DNA of 64,000 bases, from assembly GCF_018350175.1 (NCBI RefSeq), contig NC_058382.1, positions 53,756,001-53,820,000 of the forward strand. Reading direction: 5' to 3'. Position numbers and translations under genes: made by a program. Within the stretch, counting starts at the first letter, position 1. Every line of letters starts with the position of its first letter. The notes beneath the pieces were generated by a model that was not told the origin of the DNA, ran no database searches, and worked only from the letters and a program-made list of their open reading frames with translations. Shown here piece by piece: positions 49,337 to 62,677 of this stretch. The DNA is from Felis catus (taxonomy: Eukaryota).

Positions 49337-51347
49337 GGTTGTATTTGACGTCAATGAAACATATCAGTATCCATTCCCCACTTTTCTGGAAGAAGATGGT
49401 GGAACTGTCCCCCGCAAATCACACACTCTCCAAAGGAGCTCACACTTTCTGTCAGAGGGTCATGTAGGACTTGAAGCAATTATCAGGACAAGTCAAGTCA
49501 AAGCAACTGTCAACTAAAATTGTGGCTCAGTGGAGCACAAGCATCGTTTTTTGCTTGACTTAATTGCATAATTGCCTCGGTTCTCAGCTTAGTGCGTGCA
49601 AACCTGGAGATGAACAATTAATGATCTAACATGAGGGGGACCCATCTCTGTGGCTTCTGGCCAAGAGGGAGATGCATCAATGTCAAAGATAGCTATCTTC
49701 AGAGACCCTCTCAGGGGGAGAAATTTCTCTTTCAATTATGACCACCTAAAAACCATGATGAAAATTGCTTTTTATGAAATCAAGCCATGGAAATTAAACT
49801 TTAGGGGAAAATAGTTAAATTTTAGCCTTGGAGCCCTCTGTCTACTACATTGGAATTTTCCAGAGCATGTCAGACATTGCTACCAGATTCCATAAGACCC
49901 TTGCTTCTGACATTTCAGCATACTCAGTGAACATTTTTGTGTGTGAGCAGGCACCGTGGCTTTCAGAAGAGGGTTGTATTTAAATTCCATATCCATCCCT
50001 GTTATGGAGGAATCACGGTAATAAATGAGACTCTAGTCTTAGCCTTTAGTTCAAATGACAACATCAGGCGGGAAAAAAAAATCCCAAATAATTAGTGACT
50101 ACAAGTTTCAGAACAGTCCTTCAATCCAGGAGCAGAGTGGCTTGCCCCTAACAATGAGGTTCAACCATATCACACGAAGACTGAAAGACCAACAAACAGC
50201 CAGATAGAAAGCTGGCCCTGAGTTTGTCACTTTTTTAAAGTAATTGCTGGATTTCTTTGACAAGCTCAAGAGTGAATTTAATGCCTCTATTTTCTCTACT
50301 TTTAAGCGCATCTAACTGGACTTCACAGAAAAACAAAAACAAAAAACGCCTTCCCCCCAATGGCCTCCATTCTCCTATTTGAGTATGACTAAGATCAATC
50401 AATATACATTGATGAATGGGGCTTAACTCTAATGACTCTGATATTATTTCTAGGATACTCTCTTAATTGAAAAACATAGTCAAAAATAATCTCCCTCAGA
50501 TGCAGAACCTGATGGTATCAGATGAGTTCTGTTGTGTTGCTTTGTCTTGTTTCGTTCTGCTTAAGGCATGAGCCAGAGCAAGGAATTAGCACCTTCTTCC
50601 TATATGTGGAAGCCTTTTGCTCAGATGATGTGGCTCAAAAGCCCTAGTGAAGAGTCTGCCTTGGCGATGACTAGGGAGGTGGTCTTACCCACAGTGAGGT
50701 CAAGTTCAGAAAAAGTGCAAAGTGGACGATCCACACTGAGTTCCTTACAGTTTCTTAGCTGCTTCATGCCCTTGCTTGCCTTGGGGTCTATATTTGTTCT
50801 TCTCCTTGCCTGTAAGTCTCGTTGGCCCAGGTCCCCCACCTCTGTACCCACCCCACATACACTCTCATTTTCATTCTGTGGGGGTTGGCATTTCAGGTCT
50901 GTAGAAATGGAGTTTTCTGGAGAAAGACACTGTTTGTGGGCTTTCTGAACCACTGCTATGTAAATCGTCACCCTACTTCTCCTCGGTTGGTTGTCTGCGC
51001 GTCAGCTCAAGGCTTAGCTCCTCCCGCCTTCCTGGGTGCACTGTGACCTCCTCTCCCCACTGGGCCTTGGACAGTCTCTCCTAATCTACCAAGGCCAGCT
51101 TCTAAGTCCACAGCTCGCTGCTTGGGGCCCTTGCCCAGACAGGGTCCTTGGCTCCACTTGTCCCTCTGCCATAGCACGTCCTAGATATTCCCGGTGCCCC
51201 TGCCAACCCTGAGAGTCAGGGAAGGGGGAGTCCTATGCTTGCTCTGCATTCATTTGCTCTGTGATCGTGGGTAATTAACTTCCCCTGCCTGGATATCATT
51301 TCGCTCATCTCCAACAAAACAAAACAAAACAAAACAAAAACCCTAAA

Positions 51348-51564
51348 AGGCTGGAGCAAACTTACTCTCCAAGGGCCAGATAATAAATATTTTAGCTGTT
51401 GCTGAGCCACACGGTCTCTGTCACAACTACTGGAATTGGCTGCTGTAGGGCCAGAGCCGCCCTAAATACGAGTAAGTGGGAGGGTCTTTGTTCCATTAAA
51501 ACGTCACTTAAAAAACACGTGGCAAGCTGGAGTTGACCCATGAGCTCTAGCTTCCCAGTCCCTG
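51348..51564 (+). mobile_element. MER58A
   Basis: 'aagggccagataataaatattttag...ggtctctgtcacaactact...gttccattaaaac'. Confidence 0.85.
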
Positions 51565-51579
51565 GTCGGGATGATCTGT

Positions 51580-51845
51580 ATGATTCCCCCTCCAGAACGC
51601 CCGGAAATCACCTCGCTCCTACCAAGGTAACTGAGTAGTTCCTGCGCAGCCCCCTGTTCTTTTCCTCCCGGTCACAACTGCAGACAAACATAAAAGTAAA
51701 CATACGTCGCTCCCAGCAGGCGATAAATTCCATGTGCACAGCGATGATGTCTATTTTTTCACCAGAGTACGCCGAGATTATTGCAAAGTGTGGAGCCCAG
51801 AGTCATCTCTCAAAACAAACAAAAAGTAAATGAATGAACGTGTCT
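51580..51845 (+). mobile_element. L2 3' end (degenerate)
   Basis: 'ataaattccatgtgcacagcgatgatgtctattt...aaatgaatgaac'. Confidence 0.55.
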
Positions 51846-52041
51846 GCTCAGTCTTTACGAAAACAGTCAACCAATTTTCTCTCAGAGAGGAGGTCCGGTG
51901 GTACCCCCCCCACACACACACACCGAAATACACGTTCCCCAACACTCTCTCCCAACATCTTTCCCCTGGTGGTGGGATGGATGCGTACTGAAGTATTCAC
52001 AACTGGATTGTCCTTTCCCCTGGGTGGGAAGGACTTCACGG

Positions 52042-52206
52042 CAGTGCTTCTCCAATTCTAATGAGCACACAGATCACCTGGGATCTTGTTCAAATGCAGG
52101 TTCCAGTTCAGGGTGAGCCAGGGCAAGTCCTAAGACTCTTCACTTCTAACAGGCTCTCCGGGGATACGGTGCTACAGATCCACGGACCACAGTTTGAGTT
52201 GCAAGG
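52042..52206 (-). mobile_element. MER5A1-like MITE
   Basis: 'cagtgcttctccaattctaatgagcacacagatcacctgggatcttgttcaaatgcagg...ccacggaccacagtttgag'. Confidence 0.85.
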
Positions 52207-53289
52207 CTTTAGGGCACTTTTCCTTCATGGGAGAACCTAATGGGCATTTGGGACTTCCTGTAGATACCCTTTGCCAGACTAGTTTATTTTGGTTTTCTTT
52301 ATCAAAGCTGAAAATGGCTATTTGAGTTTTCTCGGCCTATGGCACAGAGATTAAAGACACCATAAGGAGTGGAAGTTACTTTCCATGCAGAAGGATAAGC
52401 GTCGCTCTCCAGGTCTAATCTTGTAAAACGAGGGCAAGGTGTCAGGGCACACTCAGGTTTCATCTCTGCTCCAAAGGGATCCCAGGACACTGCAGGGGAC
52501 CAAGGAAGGACGGATGGGCAGACGGCACATCGCAGCACCAAAGGACAATGCTCTTCTCATGGCCGATAGTCCGGGAAAAGGTACACACTTGTGCAAGGAT
52601 TATGTTTATTTTAAGAAGAAACGCTCCTTAACTCATGATAGTTCCTTCCCCTCGGACTGGACTTGGTTAGCACACCACTTCCTCCTCTTCCCGCCCCAGG
52701 ACAGAAGGGAGCGGCCTGCTGGATGCCAGAGCCAGGGAGAACGCCCAGCACAGGTGGGCCCAGCTCCTCCCTGTTCCTCTGGGGCTCGGAGCCCTGCTGG
52801 AAGCAGGAGGTCTGCCCCACGCCTTCGGGCTGTCAACCTTCCCTGGCACGTCCCAAGCGCGTGAAGCCATCTCCCCTGGCACAGCATGTAATTGAGGGAC
52901 TGTGCGCGGAATTCTTGGCCCTGTCTTCAGACCCACGTGGGTTTCAAACCAGACGCTAGAAGAAAGGTCAATCTGTGTCTCTTCATCTGCTACTCCTTTG
53001 TCTCTTCTTCTTTAGTTTCTTTAGACTCAGGCTCAGGACACAGATCAACCCTTCATTAGAGTTCTTCAAACCACGGGCGAGACTCGGGCTTGCTCAGGTT
53101 TTTCTGTGGACAGTGCTTAGAAACTGGTTCTGTGGCAGTGCTGGTCTTATAATGGGCAGTCACAGGGCGGACGCTTCCAGGCCGATGCACCGGGCTCCTC
53201 CTGCGCAAACCCAAACGTTGAGCGTGCGGAACAGTGAAGGGCAGCCACGTGCAGAGGAACCCTCCCCGAGCAGTCTGAACGACGCAACG

Positions 53290-53480
53290 ATGGCGGCAGA
53301 AAGGGTAGTGCCACGGAGCTGGGCCCTCTCGGTTTTCCTCTTGGCTCTGCTACTTACCGGTTCCCTGAGCTTCAGCAAGTCGCTTTGCCTCTCTGAACCG
53401 CATTACCTCTTCCATGACATGTAGATGACAATGCTCACAGCATAACTAGAGAAGGCCACGAGTCTCACACCCACGAAAGA
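53290..53480 (+). mobile_element. MIR
   Basis: 'ggctctgctacttacc...agcaagtcgctttgcctctctgaacc'. Confidence 0.75.
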
Positions 53481-54324
53481 TCTTCGGGTACCACGAAACT
53501 CTGAATGACGAGTGTCGTACTAATAAGTATAGAACAATGATTCCAAATCTCCGATGTTCGCACACACAGGCCTATATCCATTAGAGAATCGGATCGCAGG
53601 TGTGCATCCAGGGAATCATGGATATCACGTGGTGTTAGCTGGTCTTCAAGAACTCTGCTAGTTCTTGTCCAAACCCTAACTTTGTAAGTAAAAGAGGAGA
53701 AGCAATTGGCCCGAGGTCACGTATGAGTTAGCGGCAGACTCATGGGGAAATCCTGACGGGCAGATGAGGGACCTGTCTGCCTGTTCCATGACATCTGGTA
53801 TGGTTTTGGGGATTCAACCTATTATGTAAAACTAGCCCAACCTCAGAGAACGGTACGGGGCTCACAAATCCTGCACTTTGACATGGGTGCTAGTTGGAGT
53901 TATGTTTCAATTGCATGGACTCTCTCCATCTAACAATTCTGTTTTCCTCTGTGGTTGCTTTATTCCCAAGCTTTCTCCAACTACCAGAAAAGAAACTCAC
54001 ATAGTCTTCATGGCTCAAGAGTTCATTGAGATTGTCTTTCCGATAATTTTTGCCTGCCCCACTTATGTTATAAATTTACTCCTGAACTTATCAGTGTGGC
54101 CAGGAGGTTGAAATCCTGTCGTTAGCAAGACTTGGATCTGATGTCAACTCCTGGGGTGGAGTGGAGACATGCAGTAGATTAGAAAGAAACCACATAGACT
54201 AGCCAACATTATTATAGAAGAGGGAAGTGTTAGCTTAACAAAGTAAGGGATGCTATAAAAACATCATAATATGCCCCTTTGACACTCCTCATCAAATTAT
54301 TAGCCATCTTGATGCTTTGCTTAT

Positions 54325-54917
54325 TATCTTAGTTTCCCACTAAGCGAATGACCACAAACTTAGCAGCTTCAACAAAATACATTAGTAGCTCACAGTTCTG
54401 AAAGTCAGAGGCCCAGTATGGCATGGCTCAGTTCTCTACTCAGGATCTTTCAAGGCTGAAATCAAAGTGTGAGCCAGGCTAAATGCTATCTGAAGGATCT
54501 GGGGAAGAATATGCTTCTGGGCTCATTCAGGTTGTTGGCAGAATTCAGTTCCTTGTGGTTGCAGGTCTCAAGTCCCCATTCCCTGGCTGGTGGTCAGTGG
54601 GGGTTGCTCTCAGCTTGTGGTGGTTGTTCCTGTAACCTGGCACATGGCTCCCTGCATCTTCAAAGCCAGGAACAGGGCAGTCCTTCTTGTGAACTGAATC
54701 TTTCTGCCTTCCTTTCCCACCACTAGATGAAGAAAACTGCTGATCTCCTATTTTAAGGCCAACTGATTAGTAACCTTAATTACATCTTAATTACGAAACC
54801 CCTTCTGCTATGTAATGTCACCTAATCAGAGGAGTAACACCATCACATTCATTTTCCTGGCGATTAGGAAATTTGGAGGGTGAGAGAAAATACTCCTTTA
54901 TAATTTTGCCTGCCACA
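54325..54917 (-). mobile_element. MLT1E-like MaLR solo LTR
   Basis: 'accacaaacttagcagctt...caaggctgaaatcaaagtgt...ctcattcaggttgttggcagaattcagttccttgtggttg...ttgcctgccaca'. Confidence 0.9.
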
Positions 54918-55719
54918 CTTACACTGGGCTCTGTGCACCATTCCTTGACTTTAGCGCTGTGGTTATTGATTTGGCTCTGGAAATGCCCTCTTCCAGGTTC
55001 TACGGCTGGTGGCTATCTATCGACTTCACGCCCCCAGCCCAGTGAAAAAGCATTTGTCCCCACACCCCACCTGTGGTACCCGACACTCTGCTGTCTTCCT
55101 CAGGCCTCATTTATGAGAATGGAAGCAGCAGCAGGACTGGGAAGTGACCTTGGAGCCCATGTCTACTTTGAAGGCACTCTCCAAGGGCCAAGGTATAATC
55201 TGAGTCTTCCCCTCCAAAGACCACCCCCCAACATCCAGGACAGGAAGGACGGCTCTCCTGCGGTAACTCCCCAGGCTCTCTCGGGACCTTAGGGGAAACT
55301 GACACCTGCTGGGATTTTCAACACCACCGTGACCCTCCCTTCAGGTCAGGCTGATCTTTAAGCCTTCTCCATTTAATCTCTGCTTCAAGAATACCACAGA
55401 AAAATAAACCACAAATCGAAACGAGTTTCCTTTGACATGACTCAGAGGAGGCAAGAGTGGAAACCCCATGGCTAGAAGACCCGTCTAACTGGTTTTGCCA
55501 TGAGTGGTGACTTGGGCTTTACACATCATTGCTCCTGGAAAGAGAAACCTGCCTCACTGGAATGGAGGAGAATCCCTGCGTTCGTGCCTGAGTGGAAGGG
55601 TATTTTCAAAGGGGCTGAGAGAGGAGCTGGAGTTAGCCAGGGGAAGTCCAGCCAGGGGAAGACAGAGGGCCAGAATGCAAATCAGGCAGACAAAGACAAA
55701 CTTCAGGTCTCGGCATTTC

Positions 55720-56190
55720 ATCTAAGGGCACTGTCTACAAAATCAATTCATGGAAATGAGGGTGGGAGGAGGGTTCTGTGATCAGATACATTTGGGGAAA
55801 AAAATGAGTTGAAGAAATAAAGTTTTCCGACCACAGAATTTTTTCAGACTTTTGAATATGTAATGGGCATTCATTCGGAATCTCCAGTGAGGGAACAGAA
55901 CAGGGATCGGGAAACTTTTTCTGTAAAGGGCCAGAAAGTAGATAGTTTAGGCACTGTGGGCCACAGGGTTTCTATCGTGCAACAACTCAACTGTGGTCGC
56001 AGCAGAAAAGCAGCCATGGATAACATGCAAGCGAATGGGTGGGGCTGCGTTCCGATAAAACTTTATTTACAAAAACAAGCAAGTATTTGGCCTTCAGGCC
56101 ACAGTTTGCCAGCCCTGAGGTAGCATTAACACATTTATTGGACCACAGAATCGTTCGTTCACTCATTCAACGTGTTAGTGGTTTTTATGG
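55720..56190 (-). mobile_element. Charlie4-like hAT fragment interrupted by MER58A
   Basis: 'gggttctgtgatcagatacatttgggg...gaatctccagtgaggg' resumes after 56117 as 'tagcatt...ttattggaccacagaa'. Confidence 0.6.
55901..56117 (+). mobile_element. MER58A, full length
   Basis: 'cagggatcgggaaactttttctgtaaagggccag...gttccgataaaactttatttacaaaaaca...gtttgccagccctg'. Confidence 0.93.
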
Positions 56191-57479
56191 GTCAAAATTA
56201 AGAGTCTTGCAGGCAGGACGCTCTCTGGTTCCCTCTTGTTTCCCTGATGTCTGGAAGGTAACCAAAACTTACTGAATAGGAAATATCGAATGAAACGGTA
56301 AAATAAAACAATCCTTCCAGAGGAAAGAGAGCCTCCAAAGGAACACACTGATGACAGCTGAACTGTTTAAAACAACGCTTCAGAGCAATAAGGAGCAGCT
56401 ATGTTTTGGAAGAGAAGAAAAGGAAAAGGAGAAAGGCAGAGGGCTGAGAATGAAGAGGAAGAGGAGATACGGAACAGGGAAAATGGAAATATAATAAGAG
56501 GCCGAAGGAGGGGAAAAGGAGGAGGTGGGGGATCAAAAGGTCTGTTTCCACCCACCAGAAAACGGCTTTCTGTGCCCCTGGCATGAGTGTCGGTGTCCTG
56601 AAAGGACAAGCCTTTCATGAGGTGCTGAAAAACCCACTTTGGCATTAATTAACAAGATCACTAGGCTGTCATAATTGCAGAGAGAAAGATAAATCATCAA
56701 GAGATATTTCCTAACAGAAATGCAGGTCATTACAAAATATTATTTAAAGTCACATTTACATATAAAAAGGATAAAATGGAAGTTGTCCCACTTGGCCCCC
56801 CGCCTTTCCTCCCCTCTCCCTTGTGCCTGATGCAACGCACAGGAGTCAGCACACAGCTCCCGGTAAGCCAGGGGCTTTGGAATCTTGGCGGAACATGCTC
56901 GCAAAGGAGCTCAACAGACACGGAGCTGTGAGAACCCAAAGGAAAGTTTGCAGGCGAAACCTCAGGGCTGCACCACCAGGTCGCCACCTGATTCGCTGCC
57001 CCTTGTGCTACTAAACGCTTGAGTTCCTCACTTAACTGAGCTCTCCGTGAATCCAGTAACCTTATCTGGGTTCTTCTCCCCTCCATTATGTTCTCAACAC
57101 CCAGCCTGTACTAGAACACTCAACAGACACGTATTCAAAATACTGATCAATTCTTCAGAACTCAGCTGAAGAGTTGCCTCCTGTGGAATGTTTCCCCACA
57201 TGTTCCAAACTAGATGAAGGTGTCCTCTCCTCTGAGACACCGTGGCATCCCATGCTCCTCTGTATGGGGGCACTTAGAGAAACAAACCGACAATGGCAAA
57301 ATGGAACAAGGGTCAAGCTCCCCCCGCCTCATTAGAAACAGAGCTACTAGAGACGAGACCCTGGTACCTTAACTTCTCTAACCTTATCTTTACCACCGAC
57401 CTAGGCGTGGAGTACATACTCTTAGAAAGCACTTCTTTCATGGGTTTTGGTAACCCCACTATGGCCAGGAAAGGCAACG

Positions 57480-58350
57480 GCAGAGTGCTCAAAAGACAGA
57501 ACTATGTGGATACGTCAGAGGAACACAGAAGCCAGTTGAAATCTCCCCAATATCTACCACTGGAGCAATGTGAGCAAAAAAAAATAATAATAATAATAAC
57601 ATAGTATATTGGGTTAAAACCCAGAGTATAACATAAATATCCATAAGCTCATACTAACATAATAAACGTTTGAATGAATGAATGGAAGAATAAATAAAAG
57701 AGAATGCACAAGTTCTCCATACAGAACAATGTCAAAAAATTTATGTAAATACTCTCTGCTCAAGGAGGTGGAACATATTCCCCACCCCTTAAATTTGGGC
57801 TGCACATACTGACTTTAAGCACATAGGATGGGAAGGGAGGGGAAAGGTAAGTTTACAGTGGGGAAGCCTCATAAACATACTCAGCCAGGTGAGCAGGGTC
57901 AACATCCACAGGGATAAGATCATGAGAAAAACATCATGAGAAAAACGTAATGGAAAAAAACATCAGGCAAATCCCGACGGAGGGTCAGGCTACGAAACAC
58001 CTGAAGGATACACCTCCAAACCATCAAGGCCATCAAAAACAGAGAGAGTCTGAGAAACAGTCAAAGCTAGGAGGAACCTAAGAAGACCTGATGATGGAGT
58101 GTCATAGGGAATTCTGGACGGGGGAGACGATACTAAGTTTAAAACTATGGAAATTCGGTTCCAGTATGGAGATCAGTGAATGATCACGTATCGATTCTGG
58201 TTCGGGAATTGTGACAAAGTTACCACACTAACTGATGATGTTAATAATGGGGGGACCTGGGTGGGAGGTATATGGAGACTCTCCACACCATCCGTGCACA
58301 CTTTTCCAAAGTTCTTCTCATTCTAAAACTAAAAGTTTAATATTTAATAA
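57480..58350 (+). mobile_element. L1MC/L1MD-type 3'UTR
   Basis: 'ctcaaggaggtggaacat...catcaaaaacagagagagtctgagaaac...gatgttaataatggggg...ttctaaaactaaaagttt'. Confidence 0.85.
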
Positions 58351-58639
58351 AGTAAACAAGTAAAGCCACGAAGAACATAACAGTAAACACAAGACCAAAG
58401 CCCCCACGAACCCCACAGGCAGGACGACCACAGTCACAATGACCGTTTGCCCCTTGCATTTGCACAAACACACCCCACACCTCGTCTCTTCGGCTCTAAG
58501 CCAGCTCTGAGTGCAGACCTTGGGTATGCCCCTCGCTGAGGTCTTCTGGGTTACTCATCTGTACCATTGAGGCTGACATTTCTTTCATGGTCATCTAGCG
58601 GTGCCTGATGCTCTCAGGCGTAAGTCACCTGGAAAGGCA

Positions 58640-59030
58640 GAAGCCAACACTTTGAAATTTCCAAGCACTGAAGAACCACCTGGGGAAGCGTGGAAGAATG
58701 CAGATTCCTGGGTTCCATCTCAGAAATTCTGATTTACTCTGTGAGATGAGTCCAGTTAATCTGCATTTCATTTTTTTAATGTTTGTTATTTTTCAGAGGG
58801 AGAGAGAGAGAGAGAGAGAGCAAGCGGGGAGGGGCAGAGAGAGAAGGAGACACAGAATCTGAAGCAGGTTCCAGGCTCTGAGCCGTCAGCACAGAGCCTG
58901 ACGCAAGGCTCAAACTCACGGACTGCGAGATAATGACCTGAGCCAAAGTCGGACGCTTAACCGACTGAGCCCCCTAGGCGCCCCCAATTAATCTGCATTT
59001 TAAATAAACCTCTGAAGTTTTTCTGGTTCA
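58640..59030 (-). mobile_element. MER5-family MITE interrupted by a SINE
   Basis: 'accacctggggaag...aatgcagattcctgggttccatctcagaaattctgatt' and 'aatctgcattttaaataa'. Confidence 0.65.
58769..58984 (-). mobile_element. SINEC_Fc
   Basis: TSD ca(g/a)ttaatctgcattt 58753-58768 / 58985-59000. Confidence 0.95.
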
Positions 59031-60518
59031 CACATTCACATCAGCTCTGAGCTAGGGGTCAAGGACTAAGACCCACTTTGATTAAGTGTCACTCTTTTGC
59101 TTCGCCTCCCACATCTGGTGCCATGATGCTTCCTAGGTGCTACGAGCTGGCAGAGAGTTGACACTCGCTAAATATCTGATAAAAGAAGGAACACATGGAT
59201 GAACTGTCAAGACCAGCATTTAAAACAATTCTTTTTCCTGTTTAAGAACTTTGACATTGAGTGTCAGGCAGAGGGATCCATGACTGTTAGGGGCTACAGG
59301 CTATGGGAAATGAGATACAAAACCACATCCACTGACATTCAAGGCCATTCACTGTGCCGATCATGACTGAGGTCCAATATGGTGGAAAAAAACGTGCCTT
59401 CCCAAATGTGAGACGGACTCTTGCTATTTGCCGTGCTGAGCTAATAACATTTTTAGAGGGTTTTTTTTTTTTTTTTTCCTCTCTTTTTGCAGACTCAATT
59501 AGATAGGCCTGCCTTCTGAATCAGCAGCTCAATAATTAGTTTGGTTCCATCTGCAGGTAGAAAACCGGAGGCCCTCTTTCCCCTAGAGGCAGAAGGATGC
59601 ATATGCAATTAACTAATTGCAGACCGAGGCTCCTCATAAATGCTAGAAACAAACACTCACAGACACACACATACCTTGATGTCCAGAAGACAGTCTCTGA
59701 CCTGGGGACAGGGGAGAGAGAATGATACGTTCTGAAGAGGTGAGGCTTTGGGTAGAGACAGGGCCTCCTGCAGGGGTCACTCCTCTGGTGCCCCCGGAGC
59801 AAAAGGACACGTGAGAAGGTGGGATGTTCCCCGTTCCCAGAATTCTTTCAGAATGGCTGTCATTGTTCAAGTTAGAATATTGCCAGTTAATTGTTGGCTC
59901 CGAAAGAAAAAATTATGAGCCGGGGAAAGGGTTCTGCATGGATTTAGTGTATTTGAATAATTTAGACCCCCGCAGTTCATTTGACAGGATTGTTTTTCTC
60001 TCTCGCAGGAGCCTGCTGTTACAAGAATTAAAACTGTCGGGAGTACCAGGGGCTGTGCTAGAGCTTAGTAATGAGGTTTATCAGTCAATAAATGATTTTA
60101 TACAGCAAATTAAACTGTAAATTTCGTTTGGGTGGTAAATATTTAGAGAATGAAGATATCTGGTTAATGAGGAAGGCTGGATGTTTAAAAAAAAAGGGAG
60201 AGAGAAGGAAAAAAGGAATGTCAACCTTTTAAATCTTGAATGTGGCTGGGACTGGATGACAATTTGCTCATTTACAGGTCTGTCTCTCTCTCTCTCTCTC
60301 GCTCTCTCTTTCTGTAAATAACAGAGAATGGCTTCGTTGTTTGTGTATTTAAGGATGCGATGGCAAATCCTCCCCTCGCTGACTTGCGCCTACTGCCTGA
60401 ATGCGGAAATACCTCCCTCACAGGGTCCTTAGGAAAATATGCAAACTGCTTATACAGTATCTGGCCTGAGGTTCATCCCTTCTGCTATGATTTATTTTTA
60501 AGTGCAGATACCCTAGAG

Positions 60519-60742
60519 TTGTGCTATCCAACATGGTAGCCACGCTCGGCATGTGGCTGTTCGAATTTAAGCTTACATTCGTTAGATTAATTAATTAAAT
60601 ATACTACAAATTCAGTCTCACGGTTGCGTTTGCCACATTTCAAGTACCCGGTCGCTACATGGGGCTGTTGCCTGCTGTACCAAAGAGCGCAGACATAGAC
60701 ATTCCCATCATCAGCACTATTCCAGAAACTGTCAGACAATCT
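60519..60742 (-). mobile_element. MER3 (hAT-Charlie MITE)
   Basis: 'gtgctatccaacatggtagccac...gccacatttcaagtac...gcgcagacatagacattcccatcat'. Confidence 0.88.
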
Positions 60743-60799
60743 CACGTGTCCTGAGCTGGAGCCATAGATCTGATGGCCCCTGGAATGATGTAATTGGCA

Positions 60800-61042
60800 C
60801 ATGATTTTTTTTGATTATCATAATTACATATCTGTGTGTATGTATAAAAGGAATATCACAACTCAGTTGTCAAATTTGTGGTTTCATAAATGCCAATGTT
60901 TAGGACACGGCAGTTAAAGTGAAAACAAAAAAACAAGCAAGTCAGTTTAAGAAAATATTGAATAAATCAATATTGGTTGTAATTATTTGCCATAAATCCT
61001 GAAGAGGTACACAAAGGAATGGCCGACATTTGAAAAACACTG
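60800..61042. mobile_element. hAT-Charlie MITE fragment (MER112/MER113-like, family uncertain)
   Basis: AT-rich body ending 'gaagaggtacac...catttgaaaaacactg'. Confidence 0.5.
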
Positions 61043-61664
61043 AGCCAACAGACGCCAAGGGACAGGAAGTTTAAGAAGAGGTGAAAGAAAAAAAAGAGCA
61101 GAACTGAAAGGAAGAGAGGTAACAACATTGGAGTCAAATTTCTCTAACCTTCCAGTTTCTCTCTGGGCTGACCCAGACCAGATCACATGGCTACCTACCT
61201 GAGTCATAAATAGTCAATACATACTCCATAGCTCCATAAGCTCAGGCTTCATGGCATTTCCAGGAAGTTCATTCAACATGAATGCCCTGTATAGGTGGGA
61301 TTTTAGAAGAGGCTTCTAGAAACTCTATACAGCACCCTAAAGAGTCCAGATACGAGTGTGATTTACAGATGACTTTGTAGGTCACAAGTCAAGAGTGAAG
61401 ATCAGGCCATTCTGACCTGCACTCCTCGCTTTCCATGTCGAGATTCCAAACCCAGTCACTGTCAGCTGGGAGGGCCCATCACCTCTGCCTCACGTGGCTC
61501 ATTCCTTGAGCCAACTCCTTTCACCTTCCTGCTCCAGTCCACCAGTCATACCCCTACTCTCTGATCACTGGACGCTTCTCCACACTGGAACGTGGCAGTC
61601 TGTGACCTTGGTAACCTTGTCCCACAACCTGGTCAGAGAAAACCCGGGAGAGCTGGAAGCAGCA

Positions 61665-61975
61665 TGATATCAGAGTCCCTACAGAAAAAGATGCCATAGT
61701 CAATTTGGATCAGTGGAAAAGAGTTTAACCGGGACTATTGATGAAGTTACAGGTAGGGTATAGGTAAACCACCAGTTTTAGAATCTTGGGGCCAGTAGAA
61801 GGAGGGGGGGGGGCACCATGACAATTGCCAGACCTGAATGGACAAGGGGAAAAAGGAGAGGCATGGTGCTGAGAAGGAGAGGACAACCCGACAGGAACCA
61901 TGATCTCGAGGGATAATGCCAGCTCTTGATGACCTATAGAGAGGGAGCAGGGCAGAGAAGGGTGGAGAGTATCTT
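61665..61975 (-). mobile_element. ERVL LTR fragment (LTR40-like)
   Basis: 'tcagagtccctacagaaaaagatgccatagtcaa...gggactatt...gggtataggtaaaccac'. Confidence 0.55.
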
Positions 61976-62677
61976 GGAGGGGCTAAGGGAGGCAACCAGC
62001 ACAATCATTCTGACTGTTCAGGTCAACTAAGCCTCATTTTCTCATTTCCTTCCTGTGTTGCCGGAGAGGTGTAGAAGGTCAGGAGGCCCGTGCTCTATAT
62101 TTGCCCCAGAGTCCCCCTCCTGGAGCTTATCCTCACAGACGGTCTCCCAGCTCTAAGGTATCAGTGACGGTTCAACCTTCTGGAAACACTGTCATATCCC
62201 ATCTCTGAGAGGTTGCCTGCCCAGCTCCTTCAGAGCTCGGTCACCGGACTTGGAGGTCAAGATTTTCTCTTCCTCATTCCGGTCTAAACACTCACACCTC
62301 AGTGTACCCCCTTCCCCAAGTTCTCTGGAGGTAAGGCTTCAAGGCCATGTACAAGGGTAAATTATTTCAATAGCAAGTAAGAGGAAACCTCATCTCAGAT
62401 TTGCCTGAACAATAAAGATAACCATTAGATCACGTCAATGGAAGTTCAGAGGTTCTTTGAACATCATGTTCTGGCTCTCTCCTCATTCTGTCCCTCTGCC
62501 TGTGCTGGCTTTACCCACAGGCTGATGGCAATATGGCCATGGCAGCTCTTGGCCTATCTGCACACAGCAATGCCTAGAAGACTAATGGGAGTCACTGTGA
62601 AATAGTTCTGTCCAGGAGAAAGCAAGCCATATATCTAATTTAAATGGTCTAAGAGTCATATCAAAAAAGTAAAAAGA

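Noticed and set aside
59990..60120. Good splice-acceptor-like sequence (ttttctctctcgcag) within a 98-aa ORF
   Set aside because: No matching donor or partner exons identified; the block is better explained as non-coding. RNA-seq would be needed to decide
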